A stretch of DNA of 64,000 nt from assembly GCF_036321535.1 (NCBI RefSeq), contig NC_087444.1, positions 69,068,001 to 69,132,000 on the forward strand. The letters run 5' to 3'. Shown piece after piece: positions 11,560 through 24,300 of this stretch. How positions within the stretch are numbered: the first letter of the stretch is position 1; the number at the start of each line of letters is the position of its first letter. Position numbers and translations under genes: made by a program. A model generated the notes under the pieces. That model was not told the DNA's origin. It saw nothing but the letters and a program-made list of their open reading frames with translations, and ran no database searches. The DNA is from Camelus dromedarius (lineage: Eukaryota).

Positions 11560-13232
11560 CTGTTCCTGTGGCTATTTACTCCACTCTCCACTTGTTCCTA
11601 GGGATCAACTGCCCCCACTTCTAGCTAGGGGTCAATCCCTCCACTACCTTCTCAGGGACATACTCCAGCAATTCTTCCTTCTCTCTCCACATTATCAATT
11701 TATTATTCTCTTCTACGACATGCCATTCTTTCTTGTTCTCTCTCCCATAAGAAAGGTTGTGTGGACCTCACTCCTCCTGGAGCTCCTGCCTCATTTATCT
11801 GTCCATCTTAATGGCAAAATGCATTGAGTTGTCCAGCTGCAGTGTTTCCACTTCTCTAATCACATCTCTGACACTCCCTCCCAGAGCCTTGAACTGCTCC
11901 TCTCAAGTTCCCATGCAGTGACCTCTGTGTAACTAAGTCCCATGGTCAAGTCCCAGATTTCATCTGCTTGAACCTCTACTTGAGACCCAGCTTCACTTTC
12001 TCTCCATCACTTGCTTGGCTTGGCTTTCAGGGTGTCACACCCCCTGGAATCTCCCTGGAGGTTCCTTCTCAGCTTCCTGGGATGGTTCTTCTGCATCTCC
12101 CAGACCGCTTAAAGACACAGTCCCAGAGCTTTGGCCTTGGCCCTCTTCTTTTCTCCATCTACATGCTACACTCATCCCTTTGGGAAGCTCATCCAGATTC
12201 AGAAGTTTAAAGATTATAAATATGCTGACAACTCCCAAATGTACATCTCCAGCGCACCACTCCCCCCTCCATCCTAGACTCACATATTCAACTATCCCTC
12301 TACATTTCCACCTTGGTGTCCACCTGTCATTTGACAGACCCAAACTGTACTCCTGGTCTTCCTTGACCCCTCTCTGTCCATTACACCCCATATCTATTCT
12401 TGGAACTCTCTTCCTTCAAATTACATCCAGAATCCAAATCTTCTCTTCACCTCCAGTAATACTGTTCTGGCCTCAAGCATCACCATCTCTTACCTGGATA
12501 ATCACAGTAGCCTCTTTGTTGGTCACCCTGTTGCACATCCTGCCCCACAACAGTCAACTTCTAATACAACAGTTCAACACAGTCAGTTCATGTCGTTTCT
12601 CCGCTCACAAACCTCCCAAACTAAAATTGAAAGTTCTCACCATGATAAAGCCCTCTAAAAACTGCTCTTTCTCTTATCTCTCTGGCCTCATATCATATGC
12701 TACTCTTCTACTAACTCTATTCCATCCATATTGGCTTCCTTGCTGTTATTCCAACAAGCCAGGCACACTCCCATCTTGGGGCAGTTGTGCTAGCATCTGT
12801 TCTTCCAGATAGACACACGGCTCATTCCTTTACCTCCTATGCCTTTCTGCCCTTCCTGGCTCATCCTATTTGAAAATGCAGCTTCTGGGGGAGGTTACAG
12901 CTCAGTAACAGAGTGCATGCTTAGCATGTACGAAGTCCTGGATTCAATCTTCAGTACCTCCATTAAAAAAAAAACCTAATCACATCCAACACCCCCAAAT
13001 AAAAACGCTTTAAAAAATGCAGCTTCCATCCTGGCATCTGTAAGCATATACTGCTTTTTAATTTACTATGTATTATGTATTTTACATATTTTGCTTAAAT
13101 ATGTCTCTCCCCACTAGAATGTAAGCTCCATAAGTGCAGAGAGTGTTGTCTGTTTTGTTCACTGCAGTAGCCCAAGCACCCAGAATAATATCTAGAAATA
13201 GAAGGCACTTAGTAAATAGTTATGAATGAATA
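11560..13232 (+). mobile_element. L2 LINE fragment interrupted by a SINE
   Basis: Pyrimidine-rich L2-type body ending ...ggcacttagtaaatagttatgaatgaataaa. Boundaries approximate. Confidence 0.7.
12887..13014 (+). mobile_element. tRNA-Ala-derived SINE (Vic-1-like) with TSD
   Basis: Same head and tail, TSD aaaatgcagcttc. Confidence 0.85.
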
Positions 13233-13651
13233 AATCATATCAGCCTCATCCATGTTACCTAAAACGTCCCTTACTAAGTTCTCCTCCCCACCCCCTCCAG
13301 GTTGTTAACTCCGCCTCTATTCTTCAGCCCCAACAACAAAACAATAACTAGCACTTAACACGGCGTTTACCATGTACCACTTAGCTACTAGCTGTGTTTT
13401 CAAATACTGACTCATTTAATCCACATAATAACCCTATGAGGTAAGTACTAGAATTGCTCACATTTTAGAGATGAGAAAACCGAGGCATAGAAAGATCACA
13501 AGATAGTAAAATGCAGATCTGGGAGTCAAACTGAGACAACCTCCAGAGCCCCTGCTGAGAGCAACCACAAAGCTGACACAAAGCCCTGCCCCAAGCCCTT
13601 AATCCCGCCTCCTGATCCCCGGCTGCGCTCTTGACCCAGGGCAGATTCCTA

Positions 13652-13888
<237 letters not shown>

Positions 13889-15947
13889 CTAGGGCCCGAC
13901 CTCGCCCAGAACCCGCCATCGCACTTAAAAGCCGCTCTTAAACGGGTCCTCAGGGCGCAGGCTCCTCGGCGCGGCTCAAACTGGTCGTGCGGACCCGCCC
14001 TTTCCGCCATCTCCCCTTTAAAAGGGCGCGAGGGCTACTCGTTCACTGAGACCTCGGAAGAGTTCAACGGCTTTGCGAACCCACACTTTGGGGAGCATCC
14101 TAGGGCTGCTGTTGGGAGGGGCGGGGCGAGGGGCAGTGTCGTAAAGGAGGGACGAGGTAGGGAGGCCAGAGGGAACCTGAGTTGTGACTGAGAGGTGGGC
14201 CTGATAGTGAGGGCGAAGCTGTGCTTTCCAAGGGGGCGTGACCATATCGAGAGGGCGGGGTTAGGATTTGGAGAGCACAGGTGAATGGAGGAGGACAGTG
14301 GCCAGTGAGGAGCGGCCAAAGAGGGGTATGGCTAGAGTGAATCCATGGAAGTACTGAGGGGGCCCATAGCCTTAAGGACCGGACTGAAAGGAGATACCGA
14401 GAGGGGCTTTAATAGTAGAACAGGAGTGGTGATTGAGGATTGGGTCCCGAAGAAAGGGCTGACCATTAAGTGGTGAGGTATGGAGGGGTAGGGGTGGGGC
14501 TGGCCTCCTTGAAGGCTTTAATGTGTGTGAGACTGTGCCCTATTGTGGACTCTCTGACCCCAAGACCTGCATAACGCCCATGGGACAGGGAATCCAGTGG
14601 AGAGGGGTGCGTGGGTAATGAGTGGTGGACCAGCAGACGTGGTATTCCTGGTATTTACTGTAAATGGTGCTGACCTGGCCCTGGTCCAGCAGCACACTGT
14701 GGGGTCTGCATCCCGGCTTCCCAGGAGAGTCAGTGAAAGACCTCAGTTCTACAGCCATCTAGGAACCCAACCTGCTGCGTGCCTCTGGGGGAGAACTTTG
14801 CCCTCTCTGGTCCTGCTTTCCTATTGTAAAGTTGGGTAACGTGGGTGTATACAAGGAGTCTCTGATTGTGAGCTGAGACCTGAAGCAACAGGGATGCTAT
14901 GGGATGCTGTAATGGGCAGTGCATTGAGGCTGGCACAGACTGAGGTTGAGCTAAGGTCTTGGAGAGGGGAAAGTGGGTTTGGTCAGATGCCCCACAGCTG
15001 TGGCCCCAGGACTAGAGAGAGTTGGGCAGAGCATGGTGAGAAGGAGTAGAAAGAGCTGCGGTAGGGGCAGCAGGGGAAGCATGAGTGTCAGCACTGGTCT
15101 TAGGCCCTAGGCTAAGCATTTTATGTGTGCCATCTCATTTCATCCTCCCCACAGCTTGGGCAATCACATGGAGGACATAAAGGTCCAGAAAAGTGAAATG
15201 ACTTGCCTAATGCCACACAGTAATTTAAACAGTGGGGCCTCAACCTCAGGTCTGTGACCTCAGAAACCATAGGCTGTCCTGTAGGCAGTGACCTCCTTGT
15301 ACTTTACCCCCTGCTTGCCACCCCTCAGCCTCAGCTTGGCTCCTGTAAAAGTAGACCCACTGTGTGCCTGGAGTCTAGTAGGATGCAGTCAATGCTAGTG
15401 TTTTATCTCCATAATAGTGAAAGCTGCTAACATTCAAGGAAGTTTCCTAGGTACCAGTCCCTGTGCCAATGACAGAGTGTGAGTCTTCAACACCCTCAGA
15501 GCTGGGGACCATTGCCCATTTCACCGATGGGGAAACTGAGGGTTAGAAAGATCAAGTCATCTGTTCAAGGCTGCACAGCTGAAGTGGTAGGGTTGGGATT
15601 TAAGCCCATGGGTCCAAAGCCCATGTCTTTAACCCCTACACCATCCTGCTTCTTCTGATGAATGGTTTCCACTCTATTTTCTTTAGCTTCTTATTAATAA
15701 AATTCCATTATGCTCACTGAATTAGCTTCTTTGAATCTTATTCTGTGCCAGGTACTATGTTAAATACTTTACATTTTTAATTTTTCCCCCTCACAGTGAC
15801 CCAGAAAATAGGCCCTGTTGCTATTTCCATTTCACAGATGGGGAGACTGAGGCACAGAGAAGTCAGGAAGTATCTCCTTGCTTCCCCGGCCTGTGCCCTC
15901 CACCAAGGTCCCACAAGGCCCCCTTGCAGTACGTGTACGGTGCTCAC

Positions 15948-15974
15948 CTCAGCACTCCGGCTCCTGGCCTCCAT
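15948..15974 (-). CDS. PRX: PRX canonical start exon, coding part (MEARSRSAE); full exon 15948-16073
   Basis: GCC ATG G at 15974. Donor GAG|GTGAGC at 15947, acceptor CTGCAG at 16074. 126-nt exon. Confidence 0.93.
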
Positions 15975-16199
15975 GGCACTGCTGGGAGTCACCTGGGCCC
16001 CAGGCTCCTGCTTCCTCTCTCCCTTCTGCTGCAGGACCAGCTTCAGTTCTGCATGGAGCAGCTGCCTCTGAGCCTGCAGGGGCAGGGATGAAGGCTTGAG
16101 GCCAGGAGAGCATGAGGGGAAAAGGCCAGGCTTCAAGGGAGAGGTCATGGTGGGTATGAGAAAGGGAGAAGGGCCCCCCAATCCCAGCTGTCCTCTCAC

Positions 16200-16298
16200 C
16201 GCTGCCTGGGCACCAGCACCCCCTCCTAACCGGAGCCCAGCCTGGGATGCCGCACAGTCGTCTGTGGGCCTGGTGCCCTTCCTCTGGGGTCTTGCTGC
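16200..16298 (-). other. PRX: PRX upstream exon (99 nt)
   Basis: ctctccctggCAG| acceptor and GCG|GTGAGA donor. Confidence 0.8.
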
Positions 16299-16381
16299 CT
16301 GCCAGGGAGAGACCAGGTCGTGAGGCTCCAGGTGGGCCCGGGAGGGGTAGGGAGGGGCATGTGGCACCAGCCAGTGCTCAC

Positions 16382-16425
16382 CTCAGGGTCACCTCCAGCT
16401 CCTTGGGCCTCCTGGATCCCGGGCT
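16382..16425 (-). other. PRX: PRX upstream exon (44 nt)
   Basis: ttattcttctTAG| acceptor and GAG|GTGAGC donor. Confidence 0.8.
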
Positions 16426-16769
16426 CTAAGAAGAATAATGTGAGCATTACTGTCAGCTGACCCCGCTGCTGGCTTCCTGAGTGCCTGACCCTTCCTGCAC
16501 TCTGTCAGTGCTCTATCCCTATAGCGCATGTAGGGAAACGGAGGCTCAGAAGACCTTTATCCAAGGTGACACGGCTGGACCACAAACCTCATAGCCAGAA
16601 CTGACTCCTAGGCCTGTCTGACAGCAAGCCCCAACACCAACAACCTCGGCTGACCCAGGGGGCCAAATTCACTATGAAATCATTATAATCACTGCCATGT
16701 ACTCCCTGTGAGCAAAACACCTCACCTCTCTGTGCCTCAGTTTCCTCATCTATAAAGTGGGGAGGCGAA

Positions 16770-16853
16770 AGAGGGTAGAGCTCAGTGGTAGAAGGCATGT
16801 TTAACAAGCACAGGGTCCTGAGTTCAATCCCCAGTACTTCTACTAACAAACAA
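16770..16853 (+). mobile_element. tRNA-Ala-derived SINE, 3' end hidden by Ns
   Basis: gagggtagagctcagtggtag...gagttcaatccccagtac. Confidence 0.8.
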
Positions 16854-19800
16854 NNNNNNNNNNNNNNNNNNNNNNNNNNNNNNNNNNNNNNNNNNNNNNN
16901 NNNNNNNNNNNNNNNNNNNNNNNNNNNNNNNNNNNNNNNNNNNNNNNNNNNNNNNNNNNNNNNNNNNNNNNNNNNNNNNNNNNNNNCACCTTACTGTGCT
17001 GCTCAGAGGGCCAAGTGCATCTGTAAATATAAAGGGCCAGGCACAGGGCAGGCGCTTCATGACTGCTTGATACGATTATTACTAAGAACATCCTGTGGTG
17101 CTGATCTTGTGTCGAACATCCCACAAAGGTCATGGCATGTGGTCCTCAGAACACCCTTGTGAGGTCAATACCACAACTGAGCCCATTACAGAGACACCTG
17201 AGGCTACAAGAAGGGCAGTCACTTGCCTGGGTCACAAATGGCCAAGCCAGGACTTGAACTTGTCTGAAAGCTCCAGCCACTTACATGGATAATAATATCT
17301 AATGGGCATTGAGTGGTGACTCTTTGCCAGTCCTGTGCTAAGACTTTCAATTTCCACCCCAACGCAGAAAACCCTAGCCCCTCAGAGAGGCCAAGAACCT
17401 TGCTCAAGGTCACACAGCATAGAGAGAAGGAGGCAGAGCTGGATTCAGGTTCAGCCCCTCCAACAGGTCCTTCTGGGGGAAAGAGAATGGAGACTGTCTC
17501 TCTCCGCTACCTACTTCCTGGTCTCTGGCCTTGTCCTCCCGGCCCCCACGGGGCATGCCAACCCGCCAACCCCGAATCCACAGAGAAAGGTCAGGCCTCA
17601 CGCGGCACATTCCCTCAAACAATGGCCCATCTGCTGTGCCCAGTCACATTCCGCCGCTGCCCACCCATCCCCGGCTGCACAATGGCCCTTCATAGCCCAC
17701 CATGGGCCAGGAAAGAGGACACAGGGACCCCCTCAATGCTCCAGCCATACCCACTCCACTAGTTGCCTGCCCCCTACCATTGTCAGAGGGTGCCTCTCTG
17801 GCTCTCCTAGCGGTCCTGGTCTTCGTGTCCTTCCCTGGCCTCCTCTATGAGCCCCCAGCCCCTCCAAATAGGGTTGGCTCCCACATCTGGGGTATTTCCT
17901 CTGAACTGGGCCCTATGCTGGCACCATTAAGCCCCAAAATCACAATGGATGTGGTGGCTGTTTTAGGGTTGGAAATAGGCTCAGAGAGGGGAGGTGACCT
18001 GTCTGGGAGTACACAGCTAGGACCCATGCCCTTGACCCCAATTTTGCACCTTAACTTGCTTTGGCGGCTTTGAGCACTGCAGGAGCCCCAAACAGCAAAA
18101 TAGCCAGGGCAGGAGTTGGGCTGGGCAGAAGGTGCCATAAACAGGCATTTTTAGAGGGACCTCCTTGGTGCCAACCTGAGGCCAGGTGGCACTTTATAGA
18201 TGTGGCCTCATAGTACCCCATTTTACTGATGAGTAAATGAAGGTTCAGAGTATCACAGTGACCGAGTCAGGACTTGAACCTAGGTCTGAAAAGCTGAGTC
18301 CCTGGCACAGTGTAGCATCCTGAGCTGGGGGTGAGAGAAGTCTGGTACTTGTAGGAGTTGGTGGAGGTGCAGGGGAGGATTTCCTGGGCCACAAGCTCCC
18401 TGTTCCAGGACAGGCCAGAGAGGGTCACACCCAGAGGGTGGCACAGGAAGTCTAACCCGGGGTGGGGGCAAGAGAGAGTGACCTCCTTCTTCATCCCTGC
18501 CCGGGACAGCTGCCCAGCCCAGGTTATATTTAGCCCAACTGTGCCCTTCCTGAGAGACGTACCCAGCTCCTGGGGTGGAGTCGGGTGGGGTGGGGTGGGG
18601 GCAGCTTCGGAAGGAAGCCCCCCGCCCCGAACCCCGGGAACTCTGTGTTCCCAGCTCTGCCTGTCCCACTAGGCAGGGGAAGGAGGGGTGGGGAGAGATG
18701 CCCAGGGTGGGGGATGGTTCCTGATTTGTTTTAGAGGAAGATCTAATGGGGCCTCCCTGGTGAATCAAGGCCAGGCGGGACCCTCCAGAGCCCAACAGCC
18801 TATTTCTTGGCTCTGTCCTGGTATATTCCTGAGCTTCCAGAATTCTGAAAGTCCCCATTTCTTGAGCACTTACTATGTGCAAAGATCCTTCCCTGTCTTG
18901 ACTCATTAAACACTTAAACACCTCTCTGGGGAGGGCACAACTTAGATGCCTGCTTAAGATGTCACCCACACCCTTCAGGATGTCTGCGGTGAAGGGTTGT
19001 CATTTGTGCCTTGGGCCCTTCAGCAGAGCTCAGCCTGCTGAGGACTCCCCCAACTTTGCCTCACTGCACTGTCTTTCCCCCATGGCTGGCGCCAACCTCA
19101 TTTAGGAATTCTCCCCACTCAGAGCCTCAGCCCCCGAATCACCAGTGATCTGGTGCTCTTAGTGATGGGAGGGGGTGTTGATCTGACTCATCTGGGCCCC
19201 TAGACATGATCTGAGGAGGGGGAGGTTTTTGGCAGTGGCCTCCAGCTGCCTCAGTGAGTCCCTTCTCCAGCACTTCTCAAGTGTGAATACTCAGGTAAGA
19301 TATTTAACTTCTCAGTGTCTCAGTTTCTTCATCTGTAAAATGGAGCCAACAAGAGTGGCTTTGAGGATTTGAGAGATAATAGCAGGTGCTTAGAATATTC
19401 CCAGTATATAGTAAGTGCTCAAGTAATAGGAAGTAATCTCTGACAGCAAGAGTCGGGGGGTCTATGCATCTCAAAGTGTCTCATGCCCAGCCTTTGCTCA
19501 CAGTGGCCCCACTTTCTCCTCTACCCAAGAGAACCTTTGTGTGAGGGACAAAATCCAGCTCGAGCACCAGCCTCCTACCAACAGAATCAGCGTTGTCTCC
19601 CCAGCACTTTAGTCCACAGATCAAAAAAAGCCTGTCCCACCGTAGGCATCCTGCCCCAGCTCTCTCCAAGCAGCAACCACTTAGTCTCGCATCAGCCCTG
19701 TGAGGTAGCCTCCATCAGCCCATTTTATAGATGGGAAAGCAAAGGCACAAAGGGTGAAGGATCTTGCCCAAGGCTACATAGTCAGAAAGAGAAGAATGTT

Positions 19801-19964
19801 GGGATTTGAATCCAGGGTCTGGCTCCAAAGTCTGTGCCTTTAACTCCTACCCAACTCTGCCTCCTGAGCCCCAGGCAGCCTCCCAGCACCTCCCAGGATC
19901 CTGGGTCTCATTTCAGCGGCTTCTCAGCCTGGCCAGGAAGGAAACTGGCCAGCTGATCTCTTAC

Positions 19965-20023
19965 CACTGGGCCTCCAGACACCTCGAGAGCTCCCCGTCC
20001 GTCTGCTCAGCCCCAGCCCCAGG
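19965..20023 (-). other. PRX: PRX upstream exon (59 nt as an internal exon; may also serve as a first exon)
   Basis: Strong polypyrimidine acceptor ttccttttccccccAG| and donor GTG|GTAAGA. Sequence GAGCTCTCGAGGTGTCTGGAGG resembles the recalled human PRX 5' leader. Confidence 0.75.
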
Positions 20024-21237
20024 CTGGGGGGGAAAAGGAACGGGGAGGGGGAGGAGGGGGAGACCCCAGCCATTGGCTGCCGAGGCATGACATCACCAGG
20101 GAGTGGGTGGTGGGGGAACAAACATCCCCCTCTCCTAGCTACATCCACTCGCAAGAGGGTGGGAGCCACAGAAGAGAAGCTGAGACAGCCGCTGCTCCTG
20201 TGCCTGGGCTGAGACCTCCACCAGGAGCCCCACACTCCTGGGATCTGCACTTGCAGGTGCCACTTCGAGACTCACCCCACCAGCACTATCTCCTTGTTTC
20301 CAGACCCAGGTGTGGCCCTACTGGTTCCTGGGGCCCCTAAAATAAACTCCTTCCACTCCCTCTCCCCGTCAGTTTGGGTTCAAATCCCAGCTCAGCCATG
20401 TCCTAGCTGTGTGACCTTCGGCAAGTCACAGCATCTTTCTGGGTCTGTTTTTTCATTTCTAAAACAGGGAGGGTAAAAGTGCCCAAATCATGGGTTTGTT
20501 GTGAAGATAAAATGAGTTAAGAGGCTAAAATCTTTAAAAAGCACCTGGCACAGAGTGAATGCTACTCATACTATTTTGTATTATTCACACAAATTAGAGA
20601 GCCAGCTAGACTTGTCAGAGGACTTTTGGCCTGAGTGAGACTGGGCACAGAGGAGCCCCACTTCTCTGTTTAATGAAGTTGCATTTTGGGGGACACCTAT
20701 CACATACTAAATACTGTGCTGGGCCCCCAAAGCTCGGCTCTGGGAATTAAGGATGCAAGAGAGAAAGATTATGTCCAGTTTTTAGCTACACAGACAGAAG
20801 GTGGTGGAGCTGGGGTCCAACTCCAGTTCTGTTGGACCCCAGAGACCCTGCAACACTCTTCTGTCCCCTTCATATAACAGATAAGGAGGCTCAGAGAGGG
20901 TAATGACACCCAAGGACTCCCATAGCACTTAATTGGTAGCACCAGGATTTGAACCCAGACCTGCCCAACTCCCAAACCAAGGACACCAGGCCTCACCCTG
21001 ATCCCCTGGCCCCCAGCCCCCAGCCTGCCCTGACTCACCAGACCCCGGGGGGCGGCACAGGGAGCACAAGTACCCCCACATGCCCCTCACACCCGCCAGG
21101 CCGCTGCCTCGGATGCTCCTGGCTCTCTGAGTCGGGGCCTGGGGCCGGGGCTGGGATGAGGTTGGGGATTACCCCCAAAATGCACGTCAGCAGCTTCTGC
21201 CCCATTGTCTAGCCTAGTGCAGCCACCAGGCCCTCAC

Positions 21238-21320
21238 CTCAGTCGGCACCCTCGCCCCTCACATCCGCTCTGCTGGCCCCTCTGCGGCCCCCTCCCCATC
21301 CCCCTCCTGAGCATTTGGGG
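21238..21320 (-). other. PRX: Candidate distal first exon of PRX with in-frame ATGs
   Basis: Donor GAG|GTGAGG at 21237. ATGs at 21314 and 21299 are in frame with all downstream exons. 5' boundary unknown. Confidence 0.5.
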
Positions 21321-24300
21321 CCTACTCCCGAGGGCACAGGGGACCAGGAACTAGTTGGCAGGATCCCAGAATGCTAGGGGACTCCTCCCTTCTCTCTGAA
21401 ATGCCCCCTGCCCACTCTCAGCCACCGGGGAAGGCAGGAATGTGCTGAGCTCTGGAAACTGCCTTCCAGGACTGGCAGCCAGCAAGGGCTGGGGTGTGGC
21501 CGGAGCCCAGCCAGAACCCTCCTCCTGGGAGGGGTGGAAGGGACAGTGTGGTCAGGGCAGCTGATGGACCTGAGGAGAACTTCCCCCTATTGTAGGCTCT
21601 CTCTCTCTCTCTCATTCATTGATTGATTCAAACATTCATCTGTTCATTTATTCATTCAACATTCACAGGCCCTTGATGGCAGGCCTTTGGCTGGGCACTG
21701 GGGACACTGACAGAGCTAAATCAGTATGGGGGGGCAGGTTCAGGACAGGATTTCTGGAGGAGATGACATCTGAAGTCAAACTGGAGAGCTGAGGAGGAAG
21801 GAGCTGGGTACAAACGCAGGGAAGAGGCTTCCAGGAGGGGGTGGGGGGGAGGTACACGGGCAAAGTATCAGAGCACAGAGAGGGAGCAGTACTTCATCCA
21901 GTGTCAGCAAACAGTTAATGAGCACCTGGATGGTGCTGGGGACACAATGTGACCAAGATAGCCCGGGGCTGCTTTTACAGACTTCACAGTCCAACAGGGA
22001 GCCAGACTCAGAGTGGCCAGGTTTGTGATGGGGGAATCTCAGGCAGAGAGGTCAGGACCTTGCTGGGGAAGCCCAGGAAAGGTAGCTGCTTCAACTGAGG
22101 AAGGGAGGTCGGGGAAGGCTTCCTGGAGGAGGGGACATGTGAGCTGAGAATTGAGTGGCCCACAGGAACCAGGCAAGCGAAGAGGGAGTAGAACAGCTTT
22201 ATGGGCAGAAGGGACAGCCTGTGCAAAGGATCTGAATCCAGACAGAGCTCAGCACATAGGAAATTTCCATGAGCTGAGAACTGTGTCCTTGCTCGTGGCT
22301 GTGTCCCTAGGGCCACAAATGCCCCTTCCTTTGTATCTCCTCATTTATACATTTATTCACCAGTTATTCACAGACACCTCCGCTGTAATCATCCCTGGGC
22401 TGGGCAGTGCTGGGGACACAGCAGTGACTGTGACGGTGCCTTCACAGAACTCACAGTCCAAGGGGGGTCAGACGTTAAAGAAGCGACCAACAAAACGAGA
22501 GTGTAATTACACACTGAGCTAAGAGCTATGAGAAACAGAACCAGATCTATAAGAGGGGCCTGGCACGTTGATATTATCAGAAAGAGCAAGGAGGGCTTCT
22601 TGGAGGAGGTAACATTTGAGCTGGCACCTGAAGGATACATAAGAGTTCATGCTGGTGGTGGATAAATGAGAGTAGGTTGCAGGGTGAGGAGAAGCTGTGG
22701 GGAGGGCCATAGTCAGCAAGGCCCTGAGGAGGGGCTGAGACTTTGTCCTGAGAGCCTTGGGTACTTCCAGGAGGGACAATCAGATCTGAGTTTTAAGTAT
22801 TTGAGGGGGAAAGAGTCTGACTACAGGCGAGGCTAGAGCCGGGAGGAAAATTCACCCCTCCCTGCTCAGGGTCCAACAGACAAGGAGGCTGTTACAGGCT
22901 CTCCTGTCTCTCTCCGTGTATCAGAGGACAGATATCCTTGCTGGTTCCCAGTCTTTGGGGACAAGCATTCAGTCTTTTGTCAGGAAGTAAGATGTTAACT
23001 GTACATTTTTTGTAGCTGCCCTCTAGCAGGTGCAGGAAGCTTCCTTTCCGAGTTTGCTGTGAGCTTTCTGTGGTGAATGATGTGTTTCCCTCTCTGTCTC
23101 TGTGTCTCTGTGTCCTTATTCCTTGTCTCTCTCTCTGTCTGTGTCTCTGTCTCATTCTCTCTGTGTCTGTTTCTCTCTTTTTCTGTCTCTCTCTCTCTCT
23201 CTTGCTTGTCCTCACCCTAGGGGGTGTGGCCATGGGAAGCTGAGTTTAGGGGGTGGCACCAGTGTCCCGGTTCCGGCCAAAGCCACCTCAATAAACACAG
23301 GACATCCTGCAGGGCTGGGGAAGGAGATGGAAAGCTCTCCTCAGGGACCACCCTCTCCCCACCCAGTTGGAGTCGGGCAGGAACCGGCTTCCACCCAGTG
23401 CAGCCCAGGGAAACTGGTATCTCCCTCACCCCTGTCCTTTACACCTGTTCCTGCCCCCGTCCTCTCGACTGAGCTCCCGGTCCCAGGGGCCCAGCAGCCT
23501 ACATGCCTTCCCCTGGGTGTCCCCCCAGCCCCTGGCACCCACTGTGTCCCTTTCTGGCCTCGGTGTCAACCCCAGACCTGCTCCTCTTCCGGGCCACCAT
23601 CCCAACATGGCCCCACCATCCCCAAGCTCCCTGGCTAGAGCCCTGGGTCTTGTCCTAGGCCCCTCCTCCACTGCACCTCATCACCCCACAGCCTGTCCTC
23701 TCCAGCATCTCTCATGTCCCCTCCACTCTTCAAGGCTGCTCTGTCCCTCCCTGGCCTCCCCTCTGGGCTCCTGGCCTCCAGTCTCACCCTCTCACCACCA
23801 CATCCACATGGCAGCCAGAGAGACCCATTTACTTCTAGATTCCTTTACCCTACTGCCTTCAGAGGAAAGTCCCCATCCTTGTGTGCCCTGGCCCCTGCCA
23901 ACCCCTACAGCTCCATCACTTCCCTTACTGCAGTTTCTCTCTTTCCAATCAAACCCAGCAGCTTACAGATCCCTGAAAAGATTGTAGGATCCCTCACTTC
24001 CTAACTCTTGCACCTGCTGTTCCCTCTGCCTAGAACACTCTCCCCTCAGAACAACAACCCTCTGAGGTGGATACTGTTACTGTCCCAGCTTACAGATGAG
24101 GACCCTGAGGCCCAGAGAAATTAAGTATCTGGCCAAGAGTCACACAGCCACAGAATGGCAAAGCAGAGGTTCAAATGCAGGTGGTCTGGCTTTCAACACA
24201 ATCTCTCTTTATTGAGTTAATAATCATTGACTAAGTGTCATTAGGTTTCCGCACCAGGACTGCAGACCGCAGGTGTTCAGTAAATGTTCACTGAATGAGT

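Noticed and set aside
17410-17622. 70-aa ORF with a possible phase-1 donor (GTAG|GTAGCG) that could join the PRX extension
   Set aside because: Weak donor, and it overlaps the SOX motif cluster. The 19965 and 21238 exons have much stronger splice signals.
23060-23210. CT/GT-rich tract giving a hydrophobic-looking ORF (23102-23638)
   Set aside because: Low-complexity simple repeat; similar tracts occur at 1920-2030 and 920-1070.
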